From contig CALCQB010000284.1 in NCBI GenBank assembly GCA_937897535.1, positions 1 to 46,382 on the forward strand: a stretch of DNA of 46,382 bases, read 5' to 3'. The position numbers and the translations under genes were made by a program. The DNA is from an uncultured Novosphingobium sp. (lineage in GTDB: Bacteria > Pseudomonadota > Alphaproteobacteria > Sphingomonadales > Sphingomonadaceae). Below, in pieces: positions 35,436 through 45,969 of this stretch (its first letter is position 1; each line of letters begins with the position of its first letter). The notes under the pieces were generated by a model. That model did not search any database and was not told the origin of the DNA. It saw nothing but the letters and a program-made list of their open reading frames with translations.

Positions 35436-36539
35436 ATGGTTGAAACGCGGGGTGTGAAGGGCAGTCGCACGATCGACTGGGACAGCCTGCCGCACGGCGG
35501 CGACCTGTTCGGCGAGATGCAACTGGCCCAGGCCAGCCAACCCGGAAGCAAACCGAAGGCCCCGCTGTTCCCAGGTCTGGCGCTGTGCGGAGTTGCGGCG
35601 GCGGCGGCGGCCTGGCTGTCGGAACATTATGGCTTCCCCATCATCCTGCTTGGTCTGCTGGTCGGGCTGGCGCTCAATTTTATCAGCCACGATCCGCGCA
35701 GCCATGCCGGGCTCGACTTTGCCGCGCGGACCTGCCTGCGCTGGGGCATCGTGGTGCTGGGGCTGCAGGTGACGCTTGCCCAGGTCGTGGCCCTCGGCCC
35801 CGCGCCCTTTGCCGCGCTGGGGGTGGTGATGGCGGTGACCATCGCCGCCGGCCTCGCCGGTGCGCGGCTGGCGGGACAATCGCGTTTCGCCGGGATCCTC
35901 GCGGGTGGAGCCACCGCGATCTGCGGCGCCAGTGCCGCGCTCGCGCTCTACGGCGTGATCGGCAAGAACCGGCTGAGCCAGGCACAGTTCGCGCTGACCC
36001 TGGTCGGGGTTTCGCTGGCCAGCGCCTTTGCGATGTCGGTCTATCCCGCGCTGGCCGGGGAACTGGGCCTGCACGATGGCCAGGCCGGGTTCCTGATCGG
36101 CGCTTCAATCCACGACGTCGCCCAGGCGATCGGCGGGGGCTATGCCTTTTCCGATGCGGCCGGCAGCTATGCGACGATCGTCAAGCTTTCGCGGGTGGCG
36201 CTGCTCGCCCCGCTGGTGGCCTTGACCAGTCTGGCGATCGGTCCTGCCGATGAGGGCGACGGCACCGGTTCGGTGTGGCGGCGGCTGGCGCTGCCGTGGT
36301 TCATCCTCGCCTTCCTCGCGGTCGTCGCAGTCAACAGCCTGGTCACGATTCCCCCAATGGTGGTGACCAACGGCCTGATCGCATCGAAGGCGCTGTTGCT
36401 GCTGGCGGTTACTGCCACAGCCATGCGCAGCCGGATGGACCTGCTGCTCGAAATGGGCTGGCGTGCGACGATCCCGGTCGCGACCGCCACCATCGCCAGC
36501 TTTACCTGCGCCCTGGGCTTCGCCGTCCTGCTGCTCTAG
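35436..36539 (+). CDS. YeiH-family (putative sulfate exporter) membrane protein
   Basis: RBS GGGGAGG; LRWGIVVLG, GGATAICGASAALA, GASIHDVAQAIG, IVKLSRV. Confidence 0.88.
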   Translation: MVETRGVKGSRTIDWDSLPHGGDLFGEMQLAQASQPGSKPKAPLFPGLALCGVAAAAAAWLSEHYGFPIILLGLLVGLALNFISHDPRSHAGLDFAARTCLRWGIVVLGLQVTLAQVVALGPAPFAALGVVMAVTIAAGLAGARLAGQSRFAGILAGGATAICGASAALALYGVIGKNRLSQAQFALTLVGVSLASAFAMSVYPALAGELGLHDGQAGFLIGASIHDVAQAIGGGYAFSDAAGSYATIVKLSRVALLAPLVALTSLAIGPADEGDGTGSVWRRLALPWFILAFLAVVAVNSLVTIPPMVVTNGLIASKALLLLAVTATAMRSRMDLLLEMGWRATIPVATATIASFTCALGFAVLLL

Positions 36540-36781
36540 ATTACGAAGTCCAGCACCACCGGCATAGCCCCGCGCCGCCGGTTGGCGACCATCGTCTGGT
36601 GCAGTTCGGAGACCTGCGCACTGCCGGTCCGCACAAACAGGAACGGCAGCAAGCCGTGAATCAGGCAGGCAATCCCACCCAGGATCATCCGCAGGCCAAA
36701 GCTGCCCGCCACCACCAGATGCTCACCATAGCTTTCGCCCACGCTGGCGGGGTGTTCGGTAAACAGCTTGACCGGATCCAT
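36536..36781 (-). CDS. DUF6356-family small protein
   Basis: LFTEHPASVGESYGEHL...ACLIHGLLPFLF.TGS; RBS GGGAG. Confidence 0.8.
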   Translation of the reverse strand: MDPVKLFTEHPASVGESYGEHLVVAGSFGLRMILGGIACLIHGLLPFLFVRTGSAQVSELHQTMVANRRRGAMPVVLDFVI

Positions 36782-36881
36782 CTGGAATACTCCCTCTGCT
36801 GCCGCAAGAATACCCCGACTGATGAGCAATAGCTTCACCTTTTATCTAGCAATATCGCATTTTGACGGTTAGATTGTCCCA

Positions 36882-37361
36882 ATGAATGACAATTCAGCGC
36901 AATTGGATTCGATCGACTGGGCAATCCTCGCCGTGTTGCAGGCCGATGCGTCGCTGCCGGTGCATGAGGTTGGCGAGCGGGTCGGCTTGTCGAGCAATGC
37001 TTGCTGGCGGCGGATCAAGCGGCTCGAGGACAGCGGGATCATTGCCCGCCGGGTGGCGCTGCTCGATCCGGCCAAGCTGGGGCTGGCGACGACAGTGTTC
37101 GTCGCGATCCGCACCAATCGCCACGATCCGGCCTGGCTTGAACTGTTCAGCACCGGGGTCGCCGGGATCGCTGAGATCAGCGAGTGCCACCGCATGGCCG
37201 GCGACGTCGACTACCTGCTCAAGATCGTGGTCCGCGACATCGCTCATTATGACCGGATTTACCGCAAACTGATTGCAGCCGTGCCCGACATCGCCGATGT
37301 CAGCTCAAGCTTCTCGATGGAGCAGATGAAGGCCACCACCGCGCTGCCGCGGCCGGTCTAG
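36882..37361 (+). CDS. Lrp/AsnC-family regulator
   Basis: LDSIDWAIL..LQ, VGLSSNACWRRIKRLE, ECHRMAGDVDYLLK. Confidence 0.93.
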   Translation: MNDNSAQLDSIDWAILAVLQADASLPVHEVGERVGLSSNACWRRIKRLEDSGIIARRVALLDPAKLGLATTVFVAIRTNRHDPAWLELFSTGVAGIAEISECHRMAGDVDYLLKIVVRDIAHYDRIYRKLIAAVPDIADVSSSFSMEQMKATTALPRPV

Positions 37362-38866
37362 AGCCGCGCCAGCAGCTCGTCGTGCGGCGCGAAATTGAGC
37401 GCGCAGCGGGCAATGAATTGATCGAGCTTGCCCAGATCGGCAATCGGCAAGCCGACCTCGGGCGGTTTGAGCCGCGCGTCCTCCGGAAACTGACCATAAC
37501 CTGCCAGCAGGCAGTGCCATGATAGCGGGGTATAGTAGCGATCGATCCCCAGCCGCTCGACCTCCGCGTCGAGTTCGCCGCCGCGAAACCAGCTGGTCAT
37601 CACCGCCTTGAGATTGTCGGAGAGGTGCTGGTTGGCGGCATTGGCGCGCCAGTATTCACCCCCGCCGCGCTGGTTCATCCGGTAATGGCAGACGATATAA
37701 TCGCGGATCCCTTCGTAGCGCGCATGAATGCTGGCATTGAACGCCGGGGCATGGTCGCTGCCAAAACCAGCCTTGCCATAGGCTTCGATGAACCCAGCCA
37801 GCGTGGTGTGGACGATATGGAGCGCGGTCGCCTCGAGCGGTTCGATGAAGCCCTGGGCCAGCCCGATCGCCAGGCAGTTGTTCACCCAGCTGCGCCGGAC
37901 CTGGCCGACCTTCATCTTCAGGTGGCGCGCCGGTACATCGGCATCGAGCAGACCCAGGTGCGCGCGCAGCTCGGTTTCCGCCGCATCGGCATCGATGAAG
38001 CCGGAGGCATAGACATAACCGTTGCCGGCGCGGTTGGTCAGCGGGATGCGCCAAGCCCAACCATTAGACAGGGCCGTCGCCCCGGTTTCGCACGAGGTGG
38101 CTCCGCTATCACTGGCGCTTGGCATCGCGACGGCGGCATCGTTGAACAGGTTGCCGGCAAAGGATTCGAACGGCTCGCCCAGCGCGTCCTGAATCAGCGC
38201 CGCGCGGAAGCCCGAAGCGTCGATGAAGAAATCGCCCGAGATTGCTTCGCCCTGATCATCAATCAGCGCTGAAATATCCCCGTTGTCGCCACGCTCCACC
38301 GACCGGACCCGGCGCGGCAAATGCACAACTCCCAGCTTGCTGGTGGCGTGCTCGCGCAGGAATTCGCCGACCAGGTGGGCATCGAAGTGATAGCCATAGG
38401 CCACTGTGAACGGAAAGCTTTCCGCCGGGATCGGACCCCTACGCTCGGCGGCGAGTCGCGCTGAAATGAAGAACCGGTCGGGATGCGCCCAGACATCGCG
38501 CCCGGTTCGCCGCGCGCGGGTGTTCAGGAAGAAAGAGGGGAGCGTGTGCAGGTCGAGCGCGGTCTCGAACGGGTGGAAATAGGCCTCAAAACCCGGCCGA
38601 TCGGACCACCCGTGAAACCGGATTCCGGTCTTGTAGGTTGCGTTGCAGCGCGGCATCCATTCGGCCTCGGCAATCCCGAGCTGGTCGAAAAAATACTTGA
38701 GCTGCGGGGTTGAGCCTTCGCCCACCCCGATGATCCCGATTTCGGGCGATTCGACCAGCGTGACGCTCGCCTCGCCTGGCCCCCAGCGGTGCGCGATCAT
38801 GCACGCCGCCATCCAGCCGGCGGTGCCCCCGCCGAGGATGACAAAGCGATGCGGGCGGGTGGTCAC
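37358..38866 (-). CDS. Tryptophan halogenase-family flavoprotein
   Basis: GGGTAG, IGVGEG, ATYK (PrnA Lys-equivalent), YHFDA, WAWRIP, FIEPLEAT. Confidence 0.9.
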   Translation of the reverse strand: MTTRPHRFVILGGGTAGWMAACMIAHRWGPGEASVTLVESPEIGIIGVGEGSTPQLKYFFDQLGIAEAEWMPRCNATYKTGIRFHGWSDRPGFEAYFHPFETALDLHTLPSFFLNTRARRTGRDVWAHPDRFFISARLAAERRGPIPAESFPFTVAYGYHFDAHLVGEFLREHATSKLGVVHLPRRVRSVERGDNGDISALIDDQGEAISGDFFIDASGFRAALIQDALGEPFESFAGNLFNDAAVAMPSASDSGATSCETGATALSNGWAWRIPLTNRAGNGYVYASGFIDADAAETELRAHLGLLDADVPARHLKMKVGQVRRSWVNNCLAIGLAQGFIEPLEATALHIVHTTLAGFIEAYGKAGFGSDHAPAFNASIHARYEGIRDYIVCHYRMNQRGGGEYWRANAANQHLSDNLKAVMTSWFRGGELDAEVERLGIDRYYTPLSWHCLLAGYGQFPEDARLKPPEVGLPIADLGKLDQFIARCALNFAPHDELLARL

Positions 38867-40899
38867 CGCCCGGCTTTGATCCGGATTGCAAACCCGCCGC
38901 CCGGCGCGATCCGCATGGTCAGCACGTCCGCACTGGTAACAGGGCGCTGTTCAATCACGATCGAATGGCGCTTGTCGGTGCGGTAGTCGGCATCGTCGCC
39001 GTCGCGGTAGATTTCCGCGACGTAGCGCTTGCCCGGGGTCAGGAACGCCATCGGCACGGTTACGGTCCGGGCCTGCTCGTCGCCAATCCCGCCGACGAAC
39101 CAGTCTTCGCCGCCGCGCTGCTTGCGGGCGATGGTGACATAGTCTCCGACCTCGCCGTTCAGGACGCGGGTGTCTGACCAGTCGGTTGGCACGTCGCGGA
39201 TGAATTTGAACGCCGCCATGTGCTGCGCATAGTTTTCGGGCGTATCGGCCGCCATCACCACCGGCGAATAGATCACCACATAGAGCGCCAACTGCTTGGC
39301 CTCGGTCGCGAGGATTGCGCTTCCGCCTTCGCCGGTCAGGCTGAGCACCCCGGGGGTGAAGTCCATCGGCCCTTCAAGCATCCGGGTGAAGACCAGGTTG
39401 GCCTCATGCTCGGGCGGGTTCTTGCCGGCCCAGGAATTGTATTCCATCCCGCGCGAGCCTTCGCGCGAAACCCAGTTGGGGTAGGTCCGCTGCAGCCCGG
39501 TGCCCTTGATCGGCTCGTGGCTGTCGAACGCCACCTTGTACTTGTTGGCGGCGAGCGCGACCCGGACGAAGTGGTTGCTCATCCACTGGCCTTCATGCCA
39601 CTCGCGGTACTTCGATCCGTCGGCATCGACCCGCTCGATCTGCCCGGCATCGGTGACATAGCCGGTCTTGACCACCATTTCGCCGTGATCGGCGGCGAAC
39701 TTGAAGGCCTTGTCGAACTGGCTTTCATAATGGCTGGCCGAACCACCGGTTTCGTGGTGGCCGATCAGCCGGACGCCCTTCTTCTTGGCATAGGCAGCGA
39801 GCATCGCGGCGTCGAAATCTGCGGTCGGCCCGGCAAAGTCCATGTCATTGCCGTTGCCGAACCAGTCGCCGTCCCAACCGACATTCCAGCCTTCCACCAG
39901 CACCTGCGGGATGCCCTGCGTGGCGGCGAAATCGATGTAGCGCTTGACGTTGGCGTTGGTCGCGCCGTGGCGGGGGCCGCGCGCCCAGGTCCACTCGCCC
40001 TTGATCATGTTCCACCACACGCCGACGAACTTGCCGGGCTTGAACCAGCTGACATCGCCCAGCTTGTTCGGCTCGTTGAGGTTGAGCATCAGGTGGCTCA
40101 TATAGACGCCGCCGGCATCATCGGCGATGATCAGCGTGCGCCACGGAGTCTTCCAGGCCCCAGCCTTTTCGACCTTTGGCCCGCCCGCGCCGGGGGTCAG
40201 TTGGGCCCGCAGGATGGTTCCTTCGGTGCGGGCGACGGCCATCCCCGAATAATCGACCAGTGCGGCTTCGTGCAGCGCCACATGGGTCCCGTCGGCGAGT
40301 TTGATTGTCACCGGGGTGTCCGCGATCGACACCGAAGACAGCGGGGTCTTGTTGTAGAGATATTCCTCGCGGTTCCACAGGAAAGCCGGCTTCCACCAGG
40401 CGGTGCCGTCTTGGGCGAACGCGAATTCGGTCAGTTCTTCGGCGATGTTGGTCCGCGCCTTGCCGGGCTGGTCGGGGAATTCGTAGCGAAAGCCTACGCC
40501 GTCATCATAGATCCGGAAGGTGACGGTGAAGACCCGCGCCAGCGCAGTGGTCTCGCGCAGGTGGACCTTCAGTTCGCGATAATGGTTGCGGATGCTGGCC
40601 CACTCACCCCACGGCTGTTGCCAGGTCTGGTCGAAGTCGCTGGTTTCCTGGCCGGTGATTTCGAGTCGCCGGTCGATCTTGGGCGCGTCGGTGAACAGGA
40701 AGCCAAGCCGCGATTGGGCCAGCACCGGCTTGCCCTTGCGGCTGACCGAATATACCGGGCGGCCTTCGCCTTCGAAGCCGACCGTCACGCTGACGGTGCC
40801 ATCTGGCGAACTGGCGGTGACCGGTCCCTTGACCTGCGCGGCGGCAGGAACGGCGACGGCCAGCGCGAGCAGCGCAGCAAACCAGCGGGACATGCGCAT
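38863..40899 (-). CDS. GH97 alpha-glucosidase, secreted
   Basis: Signal peptide; YIDFAA, LVEGWNVGW, HHET, HEP, RTYPNWVSREG.RGMEY, GPMDFTPG. Confidence 0.92.
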   Translation of the reverse strand: MRMSRWFAALLALAVAVPAAAQVKGPVTASSPDGTVSVTVGFEGEGRPVYSVSRKGKPVLAQSRLGFLFTDAPKIDRRLEITGQETSDFDQTWQQPWGEWASIRNHYRELKVHLRETTALARVFTVTFRIYDDGVGFRYEFPDQPGKARTNIAEELTEFAFAQDGTAWWKPAFLWNREEYLYNKTPLSSVSIADTPVTIKLADGTHVALHEAALVDYSGMAVARTEGTILRAQLTPGAGGPKVEKAGAWKTPWRTLIIADDAGGVYMSHLMLNLNEPNKLGDVSWFKPGKFVGVWWNMIKGEWTWARGPRHGATNANVKRYIDFAATQGIPQVLVEGWNVGWDGDWFGNGNDMDFAGPTADFDAAMLAAYAKKKGVRLIGHHETGGSASHYESQFDKAFKFAADHGEMVVKTGYVTDAGQIERVDADGSKYREWHEGQWMSNHFVRVALAANKYKVAFDSHEPIKGTGLQRTYPNWVSREGSRGMEYNSWAGKNPPEHEANLVFTRMLEGPMDFTPGVLSLTGEGGSAILATEAKQLALYVVIYSPVVMAADTPENYAQHMAAFKFIRDVPTDWSDTRVLNGEVGDYVTIARKQRGGEDWFVGGIGDEQARTVTVPMAFLTPGKRYVAEIYRDGDDADYRTDKRHSIVIEQRPVTSADVLTMRIAPGGGFAIRIKAGR

Positions 40900-42521
40900 C
40901 AGGCCTTCTCCTCGATCAGCAGGGCACCATAGGGGGGCAGGTTTCCGATTTCCGCCGCGTTGACTGCGGCCAGAACCGAGCCGGCTCCGCCCGGCCACGC
41001 GACCGGCGCGGGGGTAAAGTTGAACAGGCCCAGCACCGACTGGCCGGCGGCGCGGCGGCGCACGACCAGGCAGGCCTTGTCGGCCCGCAGCACCTCGAAC
41101 GAACCGGTCCGCAGCGCCGGATTGGCCCGGCGCAATTGCAGCAGGTGGGTGGTGAGATTGAGCAAGGAATCCGGATCGGTGCGTTGCCGATCGGCGGCCT
41201 GAGTGAGGTTATCATCACCCAGCGGCAACCACGGCGCGGCGCTGCTGAACCCGCCGTGTTCGTCCTGCGCGGCCCATGGCATCGGGGTGCGGGCCCCGTC
41301 GCGCGACTGGGTCAGCGGCCAGTTGGCGATCGCTTCGGGATCGCGCAACGCCTCGAACGGGATCTCGACCTGATCGAGCCCGAGCTCCTCGCCCTGATAG
41401 ATGATGATGTTGCCGCGCAGCGCGGTCAGCAGCAGCATCTTGAAGCGGGCAAAGGCTGCCCGGTCTTGCGGGGCGCACCAGCGCGACAGCGCACGCGGGG
41501 CGTCGTGGTTCTCAAACCCCCAGCTCGGCCAGCCGGTAACATCGTCCCCGGTCCAGCGGGCCTGGGTATCGCGCACCAGGGCCGGGGTGAGTTCCTCAGC
41601 GTGAAGAAAGTCGAACGAATAGGCGCTGTTGAGCAGGCCGGGGCCCTGGGTATAGCGCTTCATCTCGGCGTCCATGTCGAGCCCACCGACTTCGGCGAGC
41701 GAGAACACGGCGGCGTATTGATCGCACAACGCCCGGATCCGGCGGGCGAATTCGACGCTTTCAGGCTGCGACTGGTTGTAGACCTGCAGCTGGAAATCGA
41801 ACGACCGGGTCCGCTTGCCGCCGTCGGCCGGACGCGGCGGATTGTCGGTTAGCGCGGCGTTGTGGACGGCGAAGCTGAAGGCATCGATCCGGAACCCATC
41901 GACCCCGCGCTCGAGCCAGAACTTCGCGACGCCAAGCAAAGCATCCTGCACCGCCGGATTGGCACAGTTAAGCTGCGGCTGCTCCTTCAGGAAGTTGTGC
42001 ATGTAATACTGGCCGCGCCGCGCGTCCCAGGTCCACGAGGGACCACCGAACACCGATTGCCAGTTGTTGGGCGGCGAGCCATCGGGCCGGGGATCGGCCC
42101 AGACGTACCAGTCGGCCTTGGGATTGGTCCGATCCGCGCGGCTTTCCGTGAACCAGGGATGCTGATCGGAGGTATGCGAATAAACCTGGTCGACGATCAC
42201 CTTGAGGCCCAGCTCGTGCGCCCGCACCACCAAGGCGTCGAAATCGGCCAGCGTTCCGAAGATCGGATCGACATCGCAGTAATCGGCCACATCATAGCCG
42301 AAATCGGCCATCGGCGAGGTGTAGAACGGCGAAATCCAGATCGCATCGACCCCAAGCGCGGCGACGTGATCGAGCCGCTGGGTGATCCCCGGCAGGTCGC
42401 CGACCCCGTCACCATTGGAATCGAGGAAGCTGCGCGGATAGATCTGGTAGATCGCAGCACCGCGCCACCATTCGCTGGAAGCCGCATCGGGCGCGGCAGA
42501 AATTTCGGCCATGGTGTTCAT
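40899..42521 (-). CDS. GH13 alpha-glucosidase
   Basis: WWRGAAIYQIYPRSF, DFGYDV, GVDGFRID, AEV, ENHD. Confidence 0.93.
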   Translation of the reverse strand: MNTMAEISAAPDAASSEWWRGAAIYQIYPRSFLDSNGDGVGDLPGITQRLDHVAALGVDAIWISPFYTSPMADFGYDVADYCDVDPIFGTLADFDALVVRAHELGLKVIVDQVYSHTSDQHPWFTESRADRTNPKADWYVWADPRPDGSPPNNWQSVFGGPSWTWDARRGQYYMHNFLKEQPQLNCANPAVQDALLGVAKFWLERGVDGFRIDAFSFAVHNAALTDNPPRPADGGKRTRSFDFQLQVYNQSQPESVEFARRIRALCDQYAAVFSLAEVGGLDMDAEMKRYTQGPGLLNSAYSFDFLHAEELTPALVRDTQARWTGDDVTGWPSWGFENHDAPRALSRWCAPQDRAAFARFKMLLLTALRGNIIIYQGEELGLDQVEIPFEALRDPEAIANWPLTQSRDGARTPMPWAAQDEHGGFSSAAPWLPLGDDNLTQAADRQRTDPDSLLNLTTHLLQLRRANPALRTGSFEVLRADKACLVVRRRAAGQSVLGLFNFTPAPVAWPGGAGSVLAAVNAAEIGNLPPYGALLIEEKA

Positions 42522-42537
42522 CTCTGGGGAGGACTCT

Positions 42538-44349
42538 TCATCGTTTGGCGGCGCAGACGGCAAAGCCGAAGGCGGGGAGGGTTATGGTCAGGCTGCCGGG
42601 TGCATCGGCCTTGAGCGCGCACTGACCGGCGAGCGGGGCAAAGGCAAGACTGGCGGGATCGACCGCAATCCTATTCGTGATTGGCTGGCCCGAGGTGTTG
42701 AATGCCAGCACCACTTCGCGCCCAGTCTTGGGATCGAACCGCGACACCGCGAGCAGGCCGGGCTTGTCGGAGAAGGCGCGGACCGTTTGCAGCCCGCCGG
42801 TCAGCGCCGGGGTCGCGCGGCGTACCGCAGAAAGCTCCGCGATCAGGCGATACAGCGGGTGGCGGGTATCGAAGTTGGCCTGGGCGGTGGTGGCGTCGGT
42901 GCCGATCAGGTCGTTGTCGTTGTAAACCGCGACCTTCGACGGAAACATGTCCTCACGCGCCAGCTGGTCGTTGCCATCCGATACGAAGCCCTGCTCGTCC
43001 CCCGAATAGATCGTCGGCACCCCACGCAGGGTCAGCATCATCGCGTGGCCCAGCATCACCCTGGCCAGCAGTTCGTCCTGCGAAATTCCGGGGTTGAGCT
43101 GCTTCACGAACATCGCGTTGCGCCCGAAATCGTGATTGCCGAGGAAGGTCGGCAACTGCAGCGCGGCTTTCGCTCCGCCGCGATAGAGCACGTCATCCTC
43201 GAACAGCCGCGCCAGCACGTCGGTCCCGACCTTGCCCGAAGTCGCCTGGACCACCGCCGAGGCAAAGGCCATGTCGAGCACCGCCGGGAGCTGCGCAGTA
43301 TGCGTCCACTGCGCAAGCAGCGCCGGGTCGATATCCTGGGTCGCGACCTCGCCGAAAATGTGGAAGTTGGGTACGCCCCGAGCCTTGGCGCGGGCCAGCA
43401 TCGCGGGCACGAAGGCCCGCCAGAACGCGGGATTGACGTGCTTGGCGGTGTCGATCCGGTAACCGTCGATCCCGAAGCGGTCGATCCAGCTGCCGTAGAT
43501 TTCGATCATCCCGGAGACCACCCGCGGATGCTCGGTCGCGAGATCGTCGAGCCCGGAGAAATCGCCGTAAAGCGCGCTTTCGCCGGTCCAGGCCGAATTG
43601 CCGCGGTTGTGATAATAGAGCGGATTGTTGAGCCAGGCCGGTTTCTTGGCGTTCTCTTCGCCCCTGGGCACATAGGGCGTGTAGGCGAACGACGGATCGG
43701 TCAGCCTGGCCCAGTTGGCCGCGCCCGGCACGTGATCCCCGGCGAACCCCGGATTGATCGGCGCGCCACCGATCCCGCCCCGGCGCGAGAACGGATAGTC
43801 GGCCTTGCTGCGATAGTCATAATTCCCGCCTTCGCGGTACTGGATCACATCGGCGGTGTGGTTGGCGATGATGTCCATATAGACCTTGATCCCGCGCGCG
43901 TGAGCGGCATCGACGAAGGTCCTGAATTCCGCCTCGGTCCCGAAATGCGGATCGATCGTGGTGAAGTCGGTCACCCAATAGCCGTGATAGCCGGCGCTTT
44001 CATCGCCCTTGGGCCCCTGGACCGGCTTGTTCTTGAACACCGGCGCGAACCAGATCGCGGTGATCCCCAGGCCCTGGATGTAGTCGAGCTTGCCGGTCAG
44101 CCCTTTGAGGTCGCCGCCGTGGTAAAACCCCTTGGCCGTGGGGTCATAACCGGTAACCAGGCGGTCGCCCGACAAGCCGCCGCGATCATTTGACGGATCG
44201 CCGTTGTCGAACCGGTCGGGCAGTACGAAGTAGATCACTTCCTGCTCGGGCGTGCGGGCGCGGAAATCGGGCTTGCGCGTTGTGGCTCCGTGGGCCGCGA
44301 GCGGCAGGGCCAGGGCGGCCGCCAGTATCAGACCCAATGCGCGCTTCAT
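42538..44349 (-). CDS. GH13 alpha-amylase/neopullulanase-type enzyme, secreted
   Basis: Signal MKRALGLILAAALALPLAAHG; YFVLPDRF, YHGYW, DIIANH, DGYRIDTAKH, FGE, GNHD. Confidence 0.92.
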   Translation of the reverse strand: MKRALGLILAAALALPLAAHGATTRKPDFRARTPEQEVIYFVLPDRFDNGDPSNDRGGLSGDRLVTGYDPTAKGFYHGGDLKGLTGKLDYIQGLGITAIWFAPVFKNKPVQGPKGDESAGYHGYWVTDFTTIDPHFGTEAEFRTFVDAAHARGIKVYMDIIANHTADVIQYREGGNYDYRSKADYPFSRRGGIGGAPINPGFAGDHVPGAANWARLTDPSFAYTPYVPRGEENAKKPAWLNNPLYYHNRGNSAWTGESALYGDFSGLDDLATEHPRVVSGMIEIYGSWIDRFGIDGYRIDTAKHVNPAFWRAFVPAMLARAKARGVPNFHIFGEVATQDIDPALLAQWTHTAQLPAVLDMAFASAVVQATSGKVGTDVLARLFEDDVLYRGGAKAALQLPTFLGNHDFGRNAMFVKQLNPGISQDELLARVMLGHAMMLTLRGVPTIYSGDEQGFVSDGNDQLAREDMFPSKVAVYNDNDLIGTDATTAQANFDTRHPLYRLIAELSAVRRATPALTGGLQTVRAFSDKPGLLAVSRFDPKTGREVVLAFNTSGQPITNRIAVDPASLAFAPLAGQCALKADAPGSLTITLPAFGFAVCAAKR

Positions 44350-45875
44350 GCTGCCTTGTCCTTGTTTGCGGTGGCGCAGAACGCCGTCAGGCAATCGATG
44401 TGCAGTGGCATCGGCCGGACAGTCTCGACGCAGGCCTTTTCAACCGCGCCGAGGAACCCGGCGAGTTCCTCGGGCGAGACGCGATCGGCGATCGGGTTCC
44501 AGCCGCGCGGGACCAGCCCCTGCCCGACCAGCACCTGGAACCAGGCGACCTCGGTGAACAGTTCTTCGTGCTCGCGGTGGATATAGGCGGTGGCGCGAAA
44601 CTGTTCGATCTTGGCGGTCAGGCTCTCGGGCAGCGCCATATCGCGGCAGCGATCCCACAACGGCTCGCCGATCCGCTGGTTGGCGGCATAATGCAGGATC
44701 AGGAAATCGCGGATCCGTTCGAATTCGAAATCGGCCTGGCGGTTGAACTCGGCGACGATCGCCGGATCGGCCGGACCGCGCGGCAGCACCGCCAGAAATC
44801 GCGATATAGCCGATTGGATCAGGTGGATACTGGTCGATTCGAGCGGTTCCATGAACCCCGACGACAGCCCGACCGCGAGGCAGTTGCGGTTCCACAGCTG
44901 GCGGCGTTTGCCGGTGACGAAACGCAGCGGACGCGGATCGCCCAGCGCCTCGCCATCGAGGTTGGCGAGCAAGGTCGCCGCTGCCTCATCGTCGGAGATG
45001 TAATCGCTGCAATAGACGTAGCCATTGCCAATCCGGTGCTGGAGCGGGATCCGCCACTGCCAGCCGGCTTCGCGGGCGGTCGACCGGGTATTGGGCGTGA
45101 AATCCCCCGCTGCGGCGCAGGGCACCGCCATCGCCCGGTCGCACGGCAGCCAGTGCGACCAGTCGTCGTAACCGGTTTCCAGTTCCTGCTCGATCAGCAG
45201 ACCCCGAAAGCCGGAGCAATCGATGAAAAAGTCTCCCGCAACCTGGCGATCACCATCCAGCGTGACCGCCGCGATGTCCCCATTGTCCGCGCGCCGGACG
45301 GCCCCGACCTTGCCTTCATGCCGCACCACCCCGCGCCCCTCGGCGTAACGCCGCAGGTAGGCAGCATAGAGCCCGGCGTCGAAGTGGTAGGCATAGGGCA
45401 TTTCGGGCGCTTGCGGCGTGCTCCGCCCACGCTGCATCCGCATGGTTCGCGCGGCCAGTTCGTTGAGCGAATAGTGCATCAACGGCTTGCTCAGCCCCAG
45501 GCTCTGCCCGCGTGCCCAGTAATGCTGGAAGGGCAGCAAGCCTTGCGGGCGGCCGACGTTGCCGAACGCGTGCATGTAGCTCTGCCCCGGTCGCAGCCAG
45601 CCGTCGAACTCGATCCCGAGCTTGAACGAGCCCTTGGTCTCGCGGAGGAATTCCGCCTCGTCGAGGTCGAGCGCGGCGTTGAACAGATGGATCTGCGGGA
45701 TCGTCGCCTCGCCGACGCCGACCGTTCCGATCTCGGCCGACTCGACCAGGGCAATCGATACACCCGAGTCGCCGAGGACCGCCGCCAGACCCGCAGCCGT
45801 CATCCAGCCGGCGGTGCCCCCGCCGACGATGACGATCTTTCCGATCCGGGCTTTTCCGTCGTCGTCCCTGGCCAC
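44346..45875 (-). CDS. Tryptophan halogenase-family flavoprotein
   Basis: GGGTAG, VGVGEA, GSFKLGI, YHFDA, WQWRIP, FMEPLEST; GTG start at 45875 or 45884. Confidence 0.9.
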   Translation of the reverse strand: MARDDDGKARIGKIVIVGGGTAGWMTAAGLAAVLGDSGVSIALVESAEIGTVGVGEATIPQIHLFNAALDLDEAEFLRETKGSFKLGIEFDGWLRPGQSYMHAFGNVGRPQGLLPFQHYWARGQSLGLSKPLMHYSLNELAARTMRMQRGRSTPQAPEMPYAYHFDAGLYAAYLRRYAEGRGVVRHEGKVGAVRRADNGDIAAVTLDGDRQVAGDFFIDCSGFRGLLIEQELETGYDDWSHWLPCDRAMAVPCAAAGDFTPNTRSTAREAGWQWRIPLQHRIGNGYVYCSDYISDDEAAATLLANLDGEALGDPRPLRFVTGKRRQLWNRNCLAVGLSSGFMEPLESTSIHLIQSAISRFLAVLPRGPADPAIVAEFNRQADFEFERIRDFLILHYAANQRIGEPLWDRCRDMALPESLTAKIEQFRATAYIHREHEELFTEVAWFQVLVGQGLVPRGWNPIADRVSPEELAGFLGAVEKACVETVRPMPLHIDCLTAFCATANKDKAA

Positions 45876-45969
45876 GTTTCCCACTCTCCCCCGTTCGTTC
45901 CCGGCTGTCTCTACACGGACAGGCTTTTCGGGTGAAATTGCGCAATGTCAGCGTTGTCATCTGTCCAAA

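Noticed and set aside
37358-45875. Halogenated natural-product biosynthetic cluster
   Set aside because: There are no NRPS/PKS/prn genes; the neighbours are glycoside hydrolases.
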